From Candidatus Hydrogenedentota bacterium (GTDB lineage: Bacteria; Hydrogenedentota; Hydrogenedentia; Hydrogenedentales; SLHB01): DNA of 64,000 bases. Under the pieces are notes generated by a model. The model did not search any database and was not told the origin of the DNA. It worked only from the letters and a program-made list of their open reading frames with translations. Below, piece after piece: positions 19,826 through 29,133 of this stretch. The stretch is from the NCBI GenBank assembly GCA_963668025.2, contig CAXXTH010000008.1, positions 98,383 through 162,382 on the forward strand. Direction: 5' to 3'. The translations under genes were made by a program, and so were the position numbers. Within the stretch, counting starts at the first letter, position 1, and each line of letters opens with the position of its first letter.

Positions 19826-22800
19826 ATGAACACCAAAGTGCGCGCATTGATATGGGAAGAGTGCCGCGTCTCCGGCGTGCTCGCCCTACATAATCTAGTG
19901 CTGGGGGCCTTGCTCTTGGTATTTTCGTTCTACGCATATGAACACGATTCGCCTTTATGGGGTGATTATGAAGATGCCGCTTTCTTTATCGTAATTGGAT
20001 TTCCCCTGATGAGCGCCGTGCTATTCGTCTTGGGCAAAGATAACACCGGCCATCTCATCATGGGATTCCCCAAGCGCATTCTCCATCTGCCCGTGCATAC
20101 CCATACCACCGTTGCGATCACACTTACATTTCGTATGCTCTTTTTATTGTTGCTCGGATTCGGATTACAGAGCGTATGCACATTGCGTTTTGGCGTAGCG
20201 CCCTGGAACGCCAACATCCTGTTCATTATGTCACTGTATCTACTCATACAGGTTTTCGATTGGCTGCGCCAGCTCATATCCGGCCTTGCAAGCGTGCTCG
20301 CTATCGCATTGTTAGCCATTCTCGTGTTGGTCTTGGGCAACATGAAGAACATCATGCAAAGCTTATTACAAGCGGATTTGAATACATTTTGGGCTTTTAT
20401 TTGCATATGTGCGTTATACGCCGCCGGACTCGGCGTCTCGATTTGGGCCGTGCGAGCCACCCGGCGCGGCAAACGCTTTGGCCCGCCCGAACTCTGGGAA
20501 CTGCCCGCCCTGTGGACACAAAATCGCCCCGCCCGGCAAGAGCCGTTCGCTTCACCCATGGACGCTGCGGTGTGGTTCGAGCGCAAACGCTCCCTCCTTC
20601 TGATGCCCACGCTCACGTTACTGTTTTTTAGCCTCCTACTCGCCGTGATATGGATAGGCACGGATGATGTAAAGCCGCCGCGTATGTGGGATAACTATGA
20701 CCTCTTTACTTCCGATTGGACTATTTACAGCAGTCTCTATTGCGCCTTTCTTGGCTCTTTCCTCTTAGCCTCTGCGGGATACGGTATATACCGTGGCGCT
20801 TTCTGGCGAAGGCGTGCCGCCTCCACACAGATGATTCCATATCTTTGTCCCACGACCACGGCGGAGATCACGGCCTCGCGCATGTTTGCGGGAGCGCTCC
20901 AGGCTGGAATGGTCCTTTTTGTGATGGGTTTGCTCTACCACGGCGTCTTTCTGGCGCGGTACGATGGGTTCGCGTTCCGCGTGTTCACCAGTGCTCTTCA
21001 CGAAGGCTTTCTCTCCTGGCGCGAACTCAGTTGGGCCTTTCTCTCTCCATTGGTATTAGTGGGCCTTGTCGCATGGGCCTTTTTATGGCCCAGTTGGCTG
21101 ATATGGCTTTATATCGACGCTGTTATCATCATATATTTCTTCGGTGCCTCGCATGTGGGCGGCTTGGTCAACATATTGAGCTGTTCCTTTATCATTGTGG
21201 GTATCGCATCGGCGGCTGTATACGCTTGGTTTAGAGGACTGATGTCCAATCGCCATGCCGCCTGGCTATTTGGAGCCTGGCTGTTGCTGGCGTGGCTCGT
21301 GTTCCCTGTGGATGCCATGGCATTCTCCGGCCGTGCAGGCTTGTCCGCTTACGCGTGGCTTCAAATCGGCCTTCTGAGTTTGGCTTTGGCCAGCCTGGGG
21401 CCCATGCCCTATATCGGCATGCTCCTGCATACGAACGAGAAGCGTCATAGTCAGAAATGTACACAAAATCCTCTCCAGCACAAGAGGCGTCGCTCCGGCC
21501 ATGGCGCACGAAACCTGGCGGCGGTGGCTGGTGTAGTCGTATTCTGTCTATGGCTTAGATGGCCCATAGAGCCTACCTGGGAGGCGTATTTGCATCAACG
21601 GGGTTTCCCCACCACCATCCAAGAGCTCTACGCCATGTATGGGCCGATCCCGGATGACGAGAACCTGGCGTTACCGTACAAGGCGGCCTGGGAAAAATAC
21701 GATGCCTACGAGAAAAGACTGGCTGCGGAACTAGATACCGGCCCTACTCATTATACAAATGAGATCGGCGTCCCGATCAGTGCGTCCCTGTATTTCCGAG
21801 ATCAGCTTCCCTATCTCGGCAGCGTCGAAGTGGACGACGGCCCGATAACAACCGAGCAGGCACAGATTGCACGCCGGTATTGGCAGGAAGTAGGCAAGGA
21901 AGTAGCCCCCATGCTGCACACGGCGGCGGAATCGGGCTTGACGCGCAGTTGTTATTGGGCACCCGCAAACTTCATGGAACAAATATCTCCAAACATCGAT
22001 CATCATTCAAAAGTTCGCGCGCTGAGCCGCGTGCTTATGTTTGAAGCATTCATGGCGTGCATGAATCAGGAGCCTCATGAAGCCGCAAAAGCCATCGCCG
22101 CCCAGTTCCCGATGGCCTACTCATTAGAACAGGAACCAGGGCTCATTTCCTATCTGGTGTCGATTGCAGTGCTGCAAATGGGCGTTGGCTCTCTGGAAGA
22201 TACACTCAAACACATTTCCCTGCCTGTAAGTGATCTGCAGTACATCGACAAGTCCCTGCCGGAGCCCGGCGATCTCCAGCATTTGGAACGGGCCGAGTTA
22301 GCCGAATCCGTGGATTATCTGCGTTATTTCTACGAAGGCCGATTTTTCGGAAAATCCATGACCTCGGAATCCGTTGCCCCTTACCTTCTAGTCTGGCAAC
22401 TGGCGAAGCCTTCCGTGGAAGAGGAAATCTTTCTAATACATCGCTTCAACCAAGGGAAAGAAAAAAGACAGGAGCCATACTGTGAAGCGCCTCGGGTATT
22501 CCTGTCCAAACTCTCGCTCAGCATTCAACTGGATGAAGTCGAACGGAATCCACGCACCGGTGTTGCGTTCGCCCGCATCGCAATCGCCATCGAGCGGTAT
22601 CGTCTAGCTACAGGCCATTTTCCGGAACATCTCGAAGAGCTTATTCCGGCCTACATGAAGGAGGTTCCGGAAGACCCCTTCGCGCAGCCGCCCGCGCCAA
22701 TGCGATACCTGCTCAAACCGGACGGCTCGTGCGTCATCTACAGTGTCTCTATGGACCACAAGGACGATGGAGGCGCGTCTTTTAACGGACAAACTGGAGA

Positions 22801-22876
22801 TCGGGCTTTCACGCTCTTGCCGCCCGAAAAACGCACGGCGGTGGCTCCAGCAACAAACCATGCGGATGGAGCCTAA
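19826..22876 (+). CDS. Large membrane protein paralogue 3
   Basis: Same start, leader and motif order (GPPELWELPALW, PDDENLAL, ERYRLATGHFPE). Confidence 0.85.
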   Translation: MNTKVRALIWEECRVSGVLALHNLVLGALLLVFSFYAYEHDSPLWGDYEDAAFFIVIGFPLMSAVLFVLGKDNTGHLIMGFPKRILHLPVHTHTTVAITLTFRMLFLLLLGFGLQSVCTLRFGVAPWNANILFIMSLYLLIQVFDWLRQLISGLASVLAIALLAILVLVLGNMKNIMQSLLQADLNTFWAFICICALYAAGLGVSIWAVRATRRGKRFGPPELWELPALWTQNRPARQEPFASPMDAAVWFERKRSLLLMPTLTLLFFSLLLAVIWIGTDDVKPPRMWDNYDLFTSDWTIYSSLYCAFLGSFLLASAGYGIYRGAFWRRRAASTQMIPYLCPTTTAEITASRMFAGALQAGMVLFVMGLLYHGVFLARYDGFAFRVFTSALHEGFLSWRELSWAFLSPLVLVGLVAWAFLWPSWLIWLYIDAVIIIYFFGASHVGGLVNILSCSFIIVGIASAAVYAWFRGLMSNRHAAWLFGAWLLLAWLVFPVDAMAFSGRAGLSAYAWLQIGLLSLALASLGPMPYIGMLLHTNEKRHSQKCTQNPLQHKRRRSGHGARNLAAVAGVVVFCLWLRWPIEPTWEAYLHQRGFPTTIQELYAMYGPIPDDENLALPYKAAWEKYDAYEKRLAAELDTGPTHYTNEIGVPISASLYFRDQLPYLGSVEVDDGPITTEQAQIARRYWQEVGKEVAPMLHTAAESGLTRSCYWAPANFMEQISPNIDHHSKVRALSRVLMFEAFMACMNQEPHEAAKAIAAQFPMAYSLEQEPGLISYLVSIAVLQMGVGSLEDTLKHISLPVSDLQYIDKSLPEPGDLQHLERAELAESVDYLRYFYEGRFFGKSMTSESVAPYLLVWQLAKPSVEEEIFLIHRFNQGKEKRQEPYCEAPRVFLSKLSLSIQLDEVERNPRTGVAFARIAIAIERYRLATGHFPEHLEELIPAYMKEVPEDPFAQPPAPMRYLLKPDGSCVIYSVSMDHKDDGGASFNGQTGDRAFTLLPPEKRTAVAPATNHADGA

Positions 22877-22954
22877 TAGTTAAGATTTCCAATAACCGAA
22901 GCTGGAAAGCCAAAACCAGCAGGAGCCGGTGGTATGCACGAAAAAGAGAACAAT

Positions 22955-23040
22955 AAAGCGGGAGCAAGCTACCGCATTCCATACGCGCTCCACGTTTTAC
23001 TTATATGTAAATTTGGAGTGCGGCAGCTTGCTGCCGCTTT
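22955..23040. repeat. GGAG-type REP-like inverted pair
   Basis: AAAGCGGGAGCAAGCTACCGCATTCCA (22955-22981) and TGGAGTGCGGCAGCTTGCTGCCGCTTT (23014-23040) are near reverse complements, each with an internal hairpin. Confidence 0.75.
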
Positions 23041-23158
23041 GGGCGTGCGGATTCCGCTGGAATGGCCTTTTTTGACCCAACGGCGGCACAAGAGCCTTTT
23101 TTGAAAGACCCCTTTCGCGGGGATAACAGTGGAAGCAGTACAACGGGAGGTTTTCCCC

Positions 23159-26100
23159 ATGAACACTAAAGTGCGTGCATTGATATGGGAGGAATGCCGC
23201 GTCTCCGGCGTCCTCGCCCTATACAATCTGGCGTTGGGGGCCTTGTTCTTCGCCCTTTCCTTGTTTGAGGATTCATCTGTCCCGTGGAAAAACGGGAACG
23301 ATGATTTCGCGTTCTGCATTGTGCTCGGATTTCCACTATTAAGCGCCCTGTTGTTTGTTTTGGGCATGGATAATTCCGGCCATCTCACCATGGGATATCC
23401 CCGGCGCATTCTCAATCTCCCCGTCCACACCCATACGACCGTCACGGTCACGCTGGCGTTCCGCACCCTCTTTTTACTGCTTCTCGGATTTGGATTGCTG
23501 GGCATATGCGCCTTGCGTTTTGGCCAAGCGCCCTGGAGCGCTGCCATTCTGTTTGTTGCGTCCCTGTATGTGCTCATACAGTTGTTCGATTGGCTGCGCC
23601 AGCCGGTGTCCGGATTGGCTAGCTTGCTCCTGGTGTCTGTACTGGCCTTGCTTGTGTTGCTGTTGGGCAATATGTACGACGTCATGCTCTCTCTAGTAAA
23701 AATGGATTGGAATATCTACTGGGCGCTTCTATGTGTAGGTATCTTGTTTTCTACAGGACTCGGCATATCGATTCTGTCGGTGAGCGCCACCCGGCGCGGT
23801 AAGCGCTTCGGCCCGCCCGAGCTATGGGAATTGCCCGCCCTATGGACGCGGAACCGCCATGCCCGGCAAGCATCCTTCAACTCCCCGCTGGACGCCGAGG
23901 TCTGGTTTGAGCGCAAACGCTCGCCATTGGTGATGCCCGGCCTCACGTTGTTGATTTTCGCACTCCTGTTCTCGGTGGCCTGGATAAGCGGAGGCAAATC
24001 CAGCGTGTTGGCCAACCAAGACCTATGGAATATCCACAGTAAATTTGATCTTTCACTCATGGCCTCGTTCCTGCTTGCCGCCATCGGATACGGCATGTAT
24101 CGCGGGGCCTTCTGGCGAAAACGCGTTTCCACCCCCCATATGATCCCGTATCTCTATCCCGCCGCCACGGAGGAGATCACCCGTGCACGCATCGGCGCGG
24201 GAGCAATCCAGGCCGGCGCGGCCCTCCTGCTCATGGGCTTGGCCTATCAAGGCAGTTTTTTGCTGCGGCTCAACGGATACGCAACTGGCGTGTTCGAGGC
24301 CGCTCTAGGTGAAGGCTACGCCACTTGGCGCGAAATGATTTGGTCCTTCCTTTCGCCCCTGTTTTTAGTCGGCCTTATCAGTTGGGCGTTTTTATGGCCC
24401 AACCGGCTATTGGCGTTCTACTTCGTCATTCCCATGGGAGTTACGATAGTTGCACTCATATGTGGAAAGGAAAAATACGCCGAATTCATTAGCTGCTTGC
24501 TGATCATCCCCATCATCGCCTTCGCCGCGTTCCGCGCTTGGCGCAGAGGGCTGATGCCGGGGCGCGCCCTCGCTGGCGTGTGCGGAGCCTGGCTGCTCCT
24601 AGCCTGGCTCTTGTATCCAATGGACATGCTGGCGTCCTTTGCACAAGAGGATTTCTCGATATATGAAGGCGTATCGAGCCTGGCATGGGCCAGCCTCGGG
24701 CCTATGCCGTACATCGGCATGCTCTTCAGCATCAATCGTAAACGCCATGGCCAGCGTGGTCCCCAGAATCCCCTCCAGCATGCGCGGCGCATCTCAGGCT
24801 ATCGCGTCCGCACTGCACTGGCGATAGCCGGAATCGTCGCATTAAGCCTGTGGCTCAAATGGCCCGTGGAACCGGCCTGGCATACATATCTACATGAGAA
24901 GGGTTTTGCCACATCGCTTCGAGAACTCGATGAACGATATGCGCAAGTGCCCGATGATGAAAATCTGGCGCTGCGGTATCAAGCGGCTTGGGAAAAGCTA
25001 GGCGCTTGTACGGCAAAACTGACAACGAAATTAAGCGCGGATCACACCGAGTATAAAGATGCCGATGGAATCCCAATCGGTTCCGTTCAACGTTTTTTTG
25101 GTCAATTGCCTATCATGGGTATTGGCGGTAGTTTTTTTGAATCAATCTCACCTCAATCATATCTGAATGATCCTGCTTCTGAATCCATCTCTCCCACACA
25201 AGCGCAAACTGCGCAAACCTACTGGGATGCAGTCGGAAAAGAAGTCGCGCCTATGCTCCATGCGGCCGCGGAGTCGGGTCTGACGCGCAGCCGGTACCCA
25301 ATCGATTTATCACAGATAGAGATAAACAACCCGCCGCATCTCGGTGAATTGGGCCGGCTTGCCAATCTGCTGCGCCTCGAAGCGCTCATGGCCTGCATGA
25401 ATGACCGTCCTCACGACGCCGCCGAGGCCATTCGCGCGATGTTTCCATTGGCGTCTTCTCTCGAATCAGAACCGTTTCTTCCCTCAAAACGCCAATATTC
25501 TTCAATCCGTCTTTTAATCGTCGAAGCGCTTCAACACTCATTGGACCATCTTTCTATGGACAATTCGGATCTTGCCGAACTAGACAACTGTCTGGCTACC
25601 ACCCAATCACTAGAGAATCAGGCCTTACTCTATGAGCAGGCTGCAGTTGGTCAGGGACTAGATAGCTTGATTCCAAATTCGTACGGATTAGTACGCTATC
25701 GAAACACTTTGCGCAAGGCGGATACTCCATTATTTCCATGGCGCTTAGGAAAGCCGCCTATTCACGAGATGATGTTTTATATACATAACCTGAATAGAAT
25801 AGAAAATTCATATTCCGAAACTGGCCCAGCTAGGTTACAGAGGACTGGTTTTTTACGCCAGGAATTTGCGGAACCCACTTACTTTCCACGTGTGTTTTTC
25901 TATTCGATATTGGGTATGTATTCACCGGATGCACATAAAGAGATTTCTAATACCCAAACAAATATCGATCTTGCCCGTGTCGGAATCGCCGTTGAACGCT
26001 ACCGTCTAGCCGCGGGCCATTTCCCCGAACGCCTGGAGGAACTCGTCCCTGCTTATATCAAAGCCATCCCGAAGGATTTTTTCGCACCAAGACGCACCGC

Positions 26101-26305
26101 GCCTCTGCGATACCTGCTCAATTCCGACGGTTCATGTGTTGTCTACAGTGTAGGCATGAATCGACAAGATGACGGCGGTGTGCCTTCTGTATCAAAATAC
26201 ATGAAATGTGACGATATACCCTTCAGCCTTTTGCCACCCGGGAAACGCACATCACTGGCCCCGCCGGACAAGGCCGTGGCGCCATCCACATACCTGAATA
26301 AATAG
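23159..26305 (+). CDS. Large membrane protein paralogue 4
   Basis: Same start, leader and motif order as paralogues 1-3. Confidence 0.85.
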   Translation: MNTKVRALIWEECRVSGVLALYNLALGALFFALSLFEDSSVPWKNGNDDFAFCIVLGFPLLSALLFVLGMDNSGHLTMGYPRRILNLPVHTHTTVTVTLAFRTLFLLLLGFGLLGICALRFGQAPWSAAILFVASLYVLIQLFDWLRQPVSGLASLLLVSVLALLVLLLGNMYDVMLSLVKMDWNIYWALLCVGILFSTGLGISILSVSATRRGKRFGPPELWELPALWTRNRHARQASFNSPLDAEVWFERKRSPLVMPGLTLLIFALLFSVAWISGGKSSVLANQDLWNIHSKFDLSLMASFLLAAIGYGMYRGAFWRKRVSTPHMIPYLYPAATEEITRARIGAGAIQAGAALLLMGLAYQGSFLLRLNGYATGVFEAALGEGYATWREMIWSFLSPLFLVGLISWAFLWPNRLLAFYFVIPMGVTIVALICGKEKYAEFISCLLIIPIIAFAAFRAWRRGLMPGRALAGVCGAWLLLAWLLYPMDMLASFAQEDFSIYEGVSSLAWASLGPMPYIGMLFSINRKRHGQRGPQNPLQHARRISGYRVRTALAIAGIVALSLWLKWPVEPAWHTYLHEKGFATSLRELDERYAQVPDDENLALRYQAAWEKLGACTAKLTTKLSADHTEYKDADGIPIGSVQRFFGQLPIMGIGGSFFESISPQSYLNDPASESISPTQAQTAQTYWDAVGKEVAPMLHAAAESGLTRSRYPIDLSQIEINNPPHLGELGRLANLLRLEALMACMNDRPHDAAEAIRAMFPLASSLESEPFLPSKRQYSSIRLLIVEALQHSLDHLSMDNSDLAELDNCLATTQSLENQALLYEQAAVGQGLDSLIPNSYGLVRYRNTLRKADTPLFPWRLGKPPIHEMMFYIHNLNRIENSYSETGPARLQRTGFLRQEFAEPTYFPRVFFYSILGMYSPDAHKEISNTQTNIDLARVGIAVERYRLAAGHFPERLEELVPAYIKAIPKDFFAPRRTAPLRYLLNSDGSCVVYSVGMNRQDDGGVPSVSKYMKCDDIPFSLLPPGKRTSLAPPDKAVAPSTYLNK

Positions 26306-26382
26306 CTTAACCGTACCAATAAAACATATATGCATTTATAAACTTCTTGCGCTTTTCCTTAACGTTTGGGGAGAGGATAGCT

Positions 26383-27255
26383 ATGAGAATTAGGGCGGTT
26401 TCCATGTCTGTTTTAGTGTTGGCGGCGGTATCGCTGATGGTCAACATTTCCGAGGGCGGCGGAATGGGTAAAGTGCGCCACGTGGATATGGGTGGGACCC
26501 TGAGCATGGAACTCGTGTGGATCCCGCCCGGCGAATTCATGATGGGCAGTCCAGAAGACGAATCAGAACACAGAAGAGATGAAGTGCCTCAGCACCGAGT
26601 GATCATCACACATGGATTCTGGATGGGGAAATACGAAGTGACCCAGGCGCAGTGGCGGGTGGTGATGGGGAACAATCCGTCTTGCTTTAGCGGTGATGAG
26701 CGGCCGGTGGAACAGGTGTCATGGGATGATTGCCAAGAATTTATCTCCCGATTGAACGCACGAGTTCTCGAAGGCGGTTTCCGTTTGCCGACAGAGGCGG
26801 AATGGGAGTATGCCTGCCGGGCGGGAACCACTTCGGCGTTCCATATGGGGGATGCCATCTCCACGAAGCGGGCGAATTTCAACGGAAACGCAGTATATGG
26901 CCTAGGAAGCAAGGGGATATATCGCAAGGAGACGACGCCGGTAGGTAGTTTTTCTGCGAACGATTTGGGATTGTACGATATGCATGGGAATGTTTTTGAA
27001 TGGTGCCAAGATAAATATTGTATCTACTCGAACGATGCAGCCATCGATCCGAAGGGTTCTGAAGCAGGCGTTTTCCGGGTATATCGGGGTGGTAGCTGGA
27101 GCCGATGTCCAGGAAACTGCCGGGCTGCGTATCGAGGTGGGAGCATGCCGGATACCCGGCGCAGCAACCTGGGTTTTCGTGTCGTGCTATCCCAACTCTC
27201 AGAACCGGAGATTGTTGACATGCCTCCAAGCAAAATAGCATCAATAAAAAGATAG
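26383..27255 (+). CDS. Formylglycine-generating enzyme/SUMF1 family (CLec fold) protein with signal peptide
   Basis: GEFMMGS, YEVTQAQW, RLPTEAEWEYACRAGT, GLYDMHGNVFEWC and RGGSW...GFRVV motifs. Confidence 0.93.
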   Translation: MRIRAVSMSVLVLAAVSLMVNISEGGGMGKVRHVDMGGTLSMELVWIPPGEFMMGSPEDESEHRRDEVPQHRVIITHGFWMGKYEVTQAQWRVVMGNNPSCFSGDERPVEQVSWDDCQEFISRLNARVLEGGFRLPTEAEWEYACRAGTTSAFHMGDAISTKRANFNGNAVYGLGSKGIYRKETTPVGSFSANDLGLYDMHGNVFEWCQDKYCIYSNDAAIDPKGSEAGVFRVYRGGSWSRCPGNCRAAYRGGSMPDTRRSNLGFRVVLSQLSEPEIVDMPPSKIASIKR

Positions 27256-27305
27256 CTGCATCGGGGCTGTGTCATGAGTACAAATAAGCCTTCTCAAGTA
27301 ATTTC

Positions 27306-27334
27306 TTGACTCTACAGTTCAGCTATGGTAGCTT
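27306..27334 (+). promoter_or_regulatory. Predicted sigma70 promoter
   Basis: TTGACT-17 bp-TAGCTT with a TG extension. Confidence 0.45.
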
Positions 27335-27405
27335 AAACACTTGAGAGTGGATAACTTGGGATATATCCGCCCTTACAGAATCTGCGGTTTCCGAGGGACG
27401 GAGCA

Positions 27406-28344
27406 ATGCGCCTAGTAGAAGAACAACCGCTTGCCGCGCCATGCACCACCGCCACACCGGAAATCCTCGTCGTAGGCGGGGGGAAAGGCGGAGTGGGGAA
27501 GACCTGCTTTTCCGTCAATATCGCCGTCGAGATCGCCCGCAAAGGCTGGCGCGTCATCCTGGTCGACGCCGACCTGAGCTGTTCGAATATCGAGACTGTC
27601 TTAGGCGCCCGGTGCGACATCAAGCTCGATGATTTCTTCTATCAAAAAGGCAGCAAGACCCTCGACCGGGTGTTGTGCCCCACGCCCTATGATAATTTGT
27701 CGCTTATTCCCGGCACCACCGGCCTGCTCGATGTGGCCAATCCCCGTTACCAGCAGAAAGTCGCCTTCATCCGGGAACTCAAGCAGCTCGACGCGGACCT
27801 GATCATCATCGATCTCGACGCCGGGGCGCACCTCAATACGCTCGATTTTTATCTTCTGACCGAGACCAACGGCGTCCTGGTGATCACCCCGGAAAAGACC
27901 AGCATCGACAACGCATTCAAGTTTCTCCGCGCCGCCTTGTTCCGGCGCATCGAGCGGTTCTACCAAAGCCCGGAAGTCGCATTGTTGCTCAAGCGCAACG
28001 AAACCCTGACCGAGTTCATCTCATGCGTCCAAAAATCCGAAGTGCTGGACGAAGTGGCCGTGAAGCAGATCTGCCGCGAATGCGTCTCGCTCGCCAAGGC
28101 CATCAAGCCCAAGATCGTCGTCAACCGCGCCACGAACTCCTACGAGGCACAGATCGCCGCGAATATCCTGGCGAAATACGCCCGCCAGAAACTCATGATC
28201 CAGCCCGAAAGCCTCGGCTTCCTATATTTTGATAAGTGTGTTTCCGATGCGGTAAACTCCGGCGTGCCCTTCATCATCGGGTATCCGAACCGGAAGATTA
28301 CGGCCTGTATAGCCGACATTGCCAGTCGGCTTGGATTTTTCTAA
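27406..28344 (+). CDS. MinD/FlhG-like P-loop ATPase
   Basis: Deviant Walker A GGKGGVGKT, LVDADL, IIDLDAG and VITPEKTSI motifs. Confidence 0.88.
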   Translation: MRLVEEQPLAAPCTTATPEILVVGGGKGGVGKTCFSVNIAVEIARKGWRVILVDADLSCSNIETVLGARCDIKLDDFFYQKGSKTLDRVLCPTPYDNLSLIPGTTGLLDVANPRYQQKVAFIRELKQLDADLIIIDLDAGAHLNTLDFYLLTETNGVLVITPEKTSIDNAFKFLRAALFRRIERFYQSPEVALLLKRNETLTEFISCVQKSEVLDEVAVKQICRECVSLAKAIKPKIVVNRATNSYEAQIAANILAKYARQKLMIQPESLGFLYFDKCVSDAVNSGVPFIIGYPNRKITACIADIASRLGFF

Positions 28345-28346
28345 TC

Positions 28347-29060
28347 GTGCTAGACAGTAAAGATAGAGAGAGTCTCAAACCTACTCGAGCGTTCAGAACG
28401 GATTTTTCCACTTCCGATGAATCGGTTCCCGATACATTCGAGGAAATGGAAAAGGCCAAGCACGGTTCGTTGCTCGGGCGCATGAACCAGCGCTTTCAGG
28501 ATGTGCTCCAGAGTAGCCGGGGTTCTTCCCGTTCACGTGATGCGGCCCGCGAGAGCGCGGGCGATCCCATGGTCACTGCTGACGACCTCGCGATCCGCCG
28601 CGCCCGCAGTATTAAGCCCCAGCGCATGACCGTCCCCGAAGGCGTAATTATCGGCGGCTCCTTGACCAGCGGCTCCGAAACCGAGATTGCCGGGCGCGTC
28701 GAGGGCGATGTCGTGGTGGACGGCCACCTGATCCTCGAGGCCAGCGCCCTGATCTCTGGGAATGTGCGGGCCTCTTCCTGCCGCGTCGATGGCTTGGTCG
28801 AAGGCAAAGTTGAATGCTCCAACGACCTCGAACTCGGCCCCACGGGCCGGTTGAACGCCGATGTCGTGGCGGGCAAACGCATGCAAGTGGGCGGCCAAGT
28901 CTTTGGCAACATTACCTCGGGCGGCCTAGTCCGTATCGGAGCCACCGCCCGGGTCAACGGCGACATCCGCGCGCGCGCCATCATCATAGATGAAGGCGGC
29001 GTCTTCAACGGCAGATGCACCATGCGCCCTCCCGCACAGCGCAACGGCATCGCTAAATAG
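28347..29060 (+). CDS. Bactofilin (polymer-forming cytoskeletal protein), extended beta-helix
   Basis: Repeated G-x-V-x-G-x-I/V beta-helix units and C-terminal IIDEGGVFNGRCTM. Start uncertain (GTG 28347 or ATG 28446). Confidence 0.85.
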   Translation: MLDSKDRESLKPTRAFRTDFSTSDESVPDTFEEMEKAKHGSLLGRMNQRFQDVLQSSRGSSRSRDAARESAGDPMVTADDLAIRRARSIKPQRMTVPEGVIIGGSLTSGSETEIAGRVEGDVVVDGHLILEASALISGNVRASSCRVDGLVEGKVECSNDLELGPTGRLNADVVAGKRMQVGGQVFGNITSGGLVRIGATARVNGDIRARAIIIDEGGVFNGRCTMRPPAQRNGIAK

Positions 29061-29133
29061 CCGGGCTGGCCGTTGTTCCCATTTGCGCCATCGCGCTTGC
29101 GTATCATCAACCAGCGCTTCTTGGAGAAACAAG

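Noticed and set aside
13011-26305. DGR-type hypermutation as the source of paralogue diversity
   Set aside because: Differences span whole genes with indels, are not adenine-restricted, and no reverse transcriptase is in the window.
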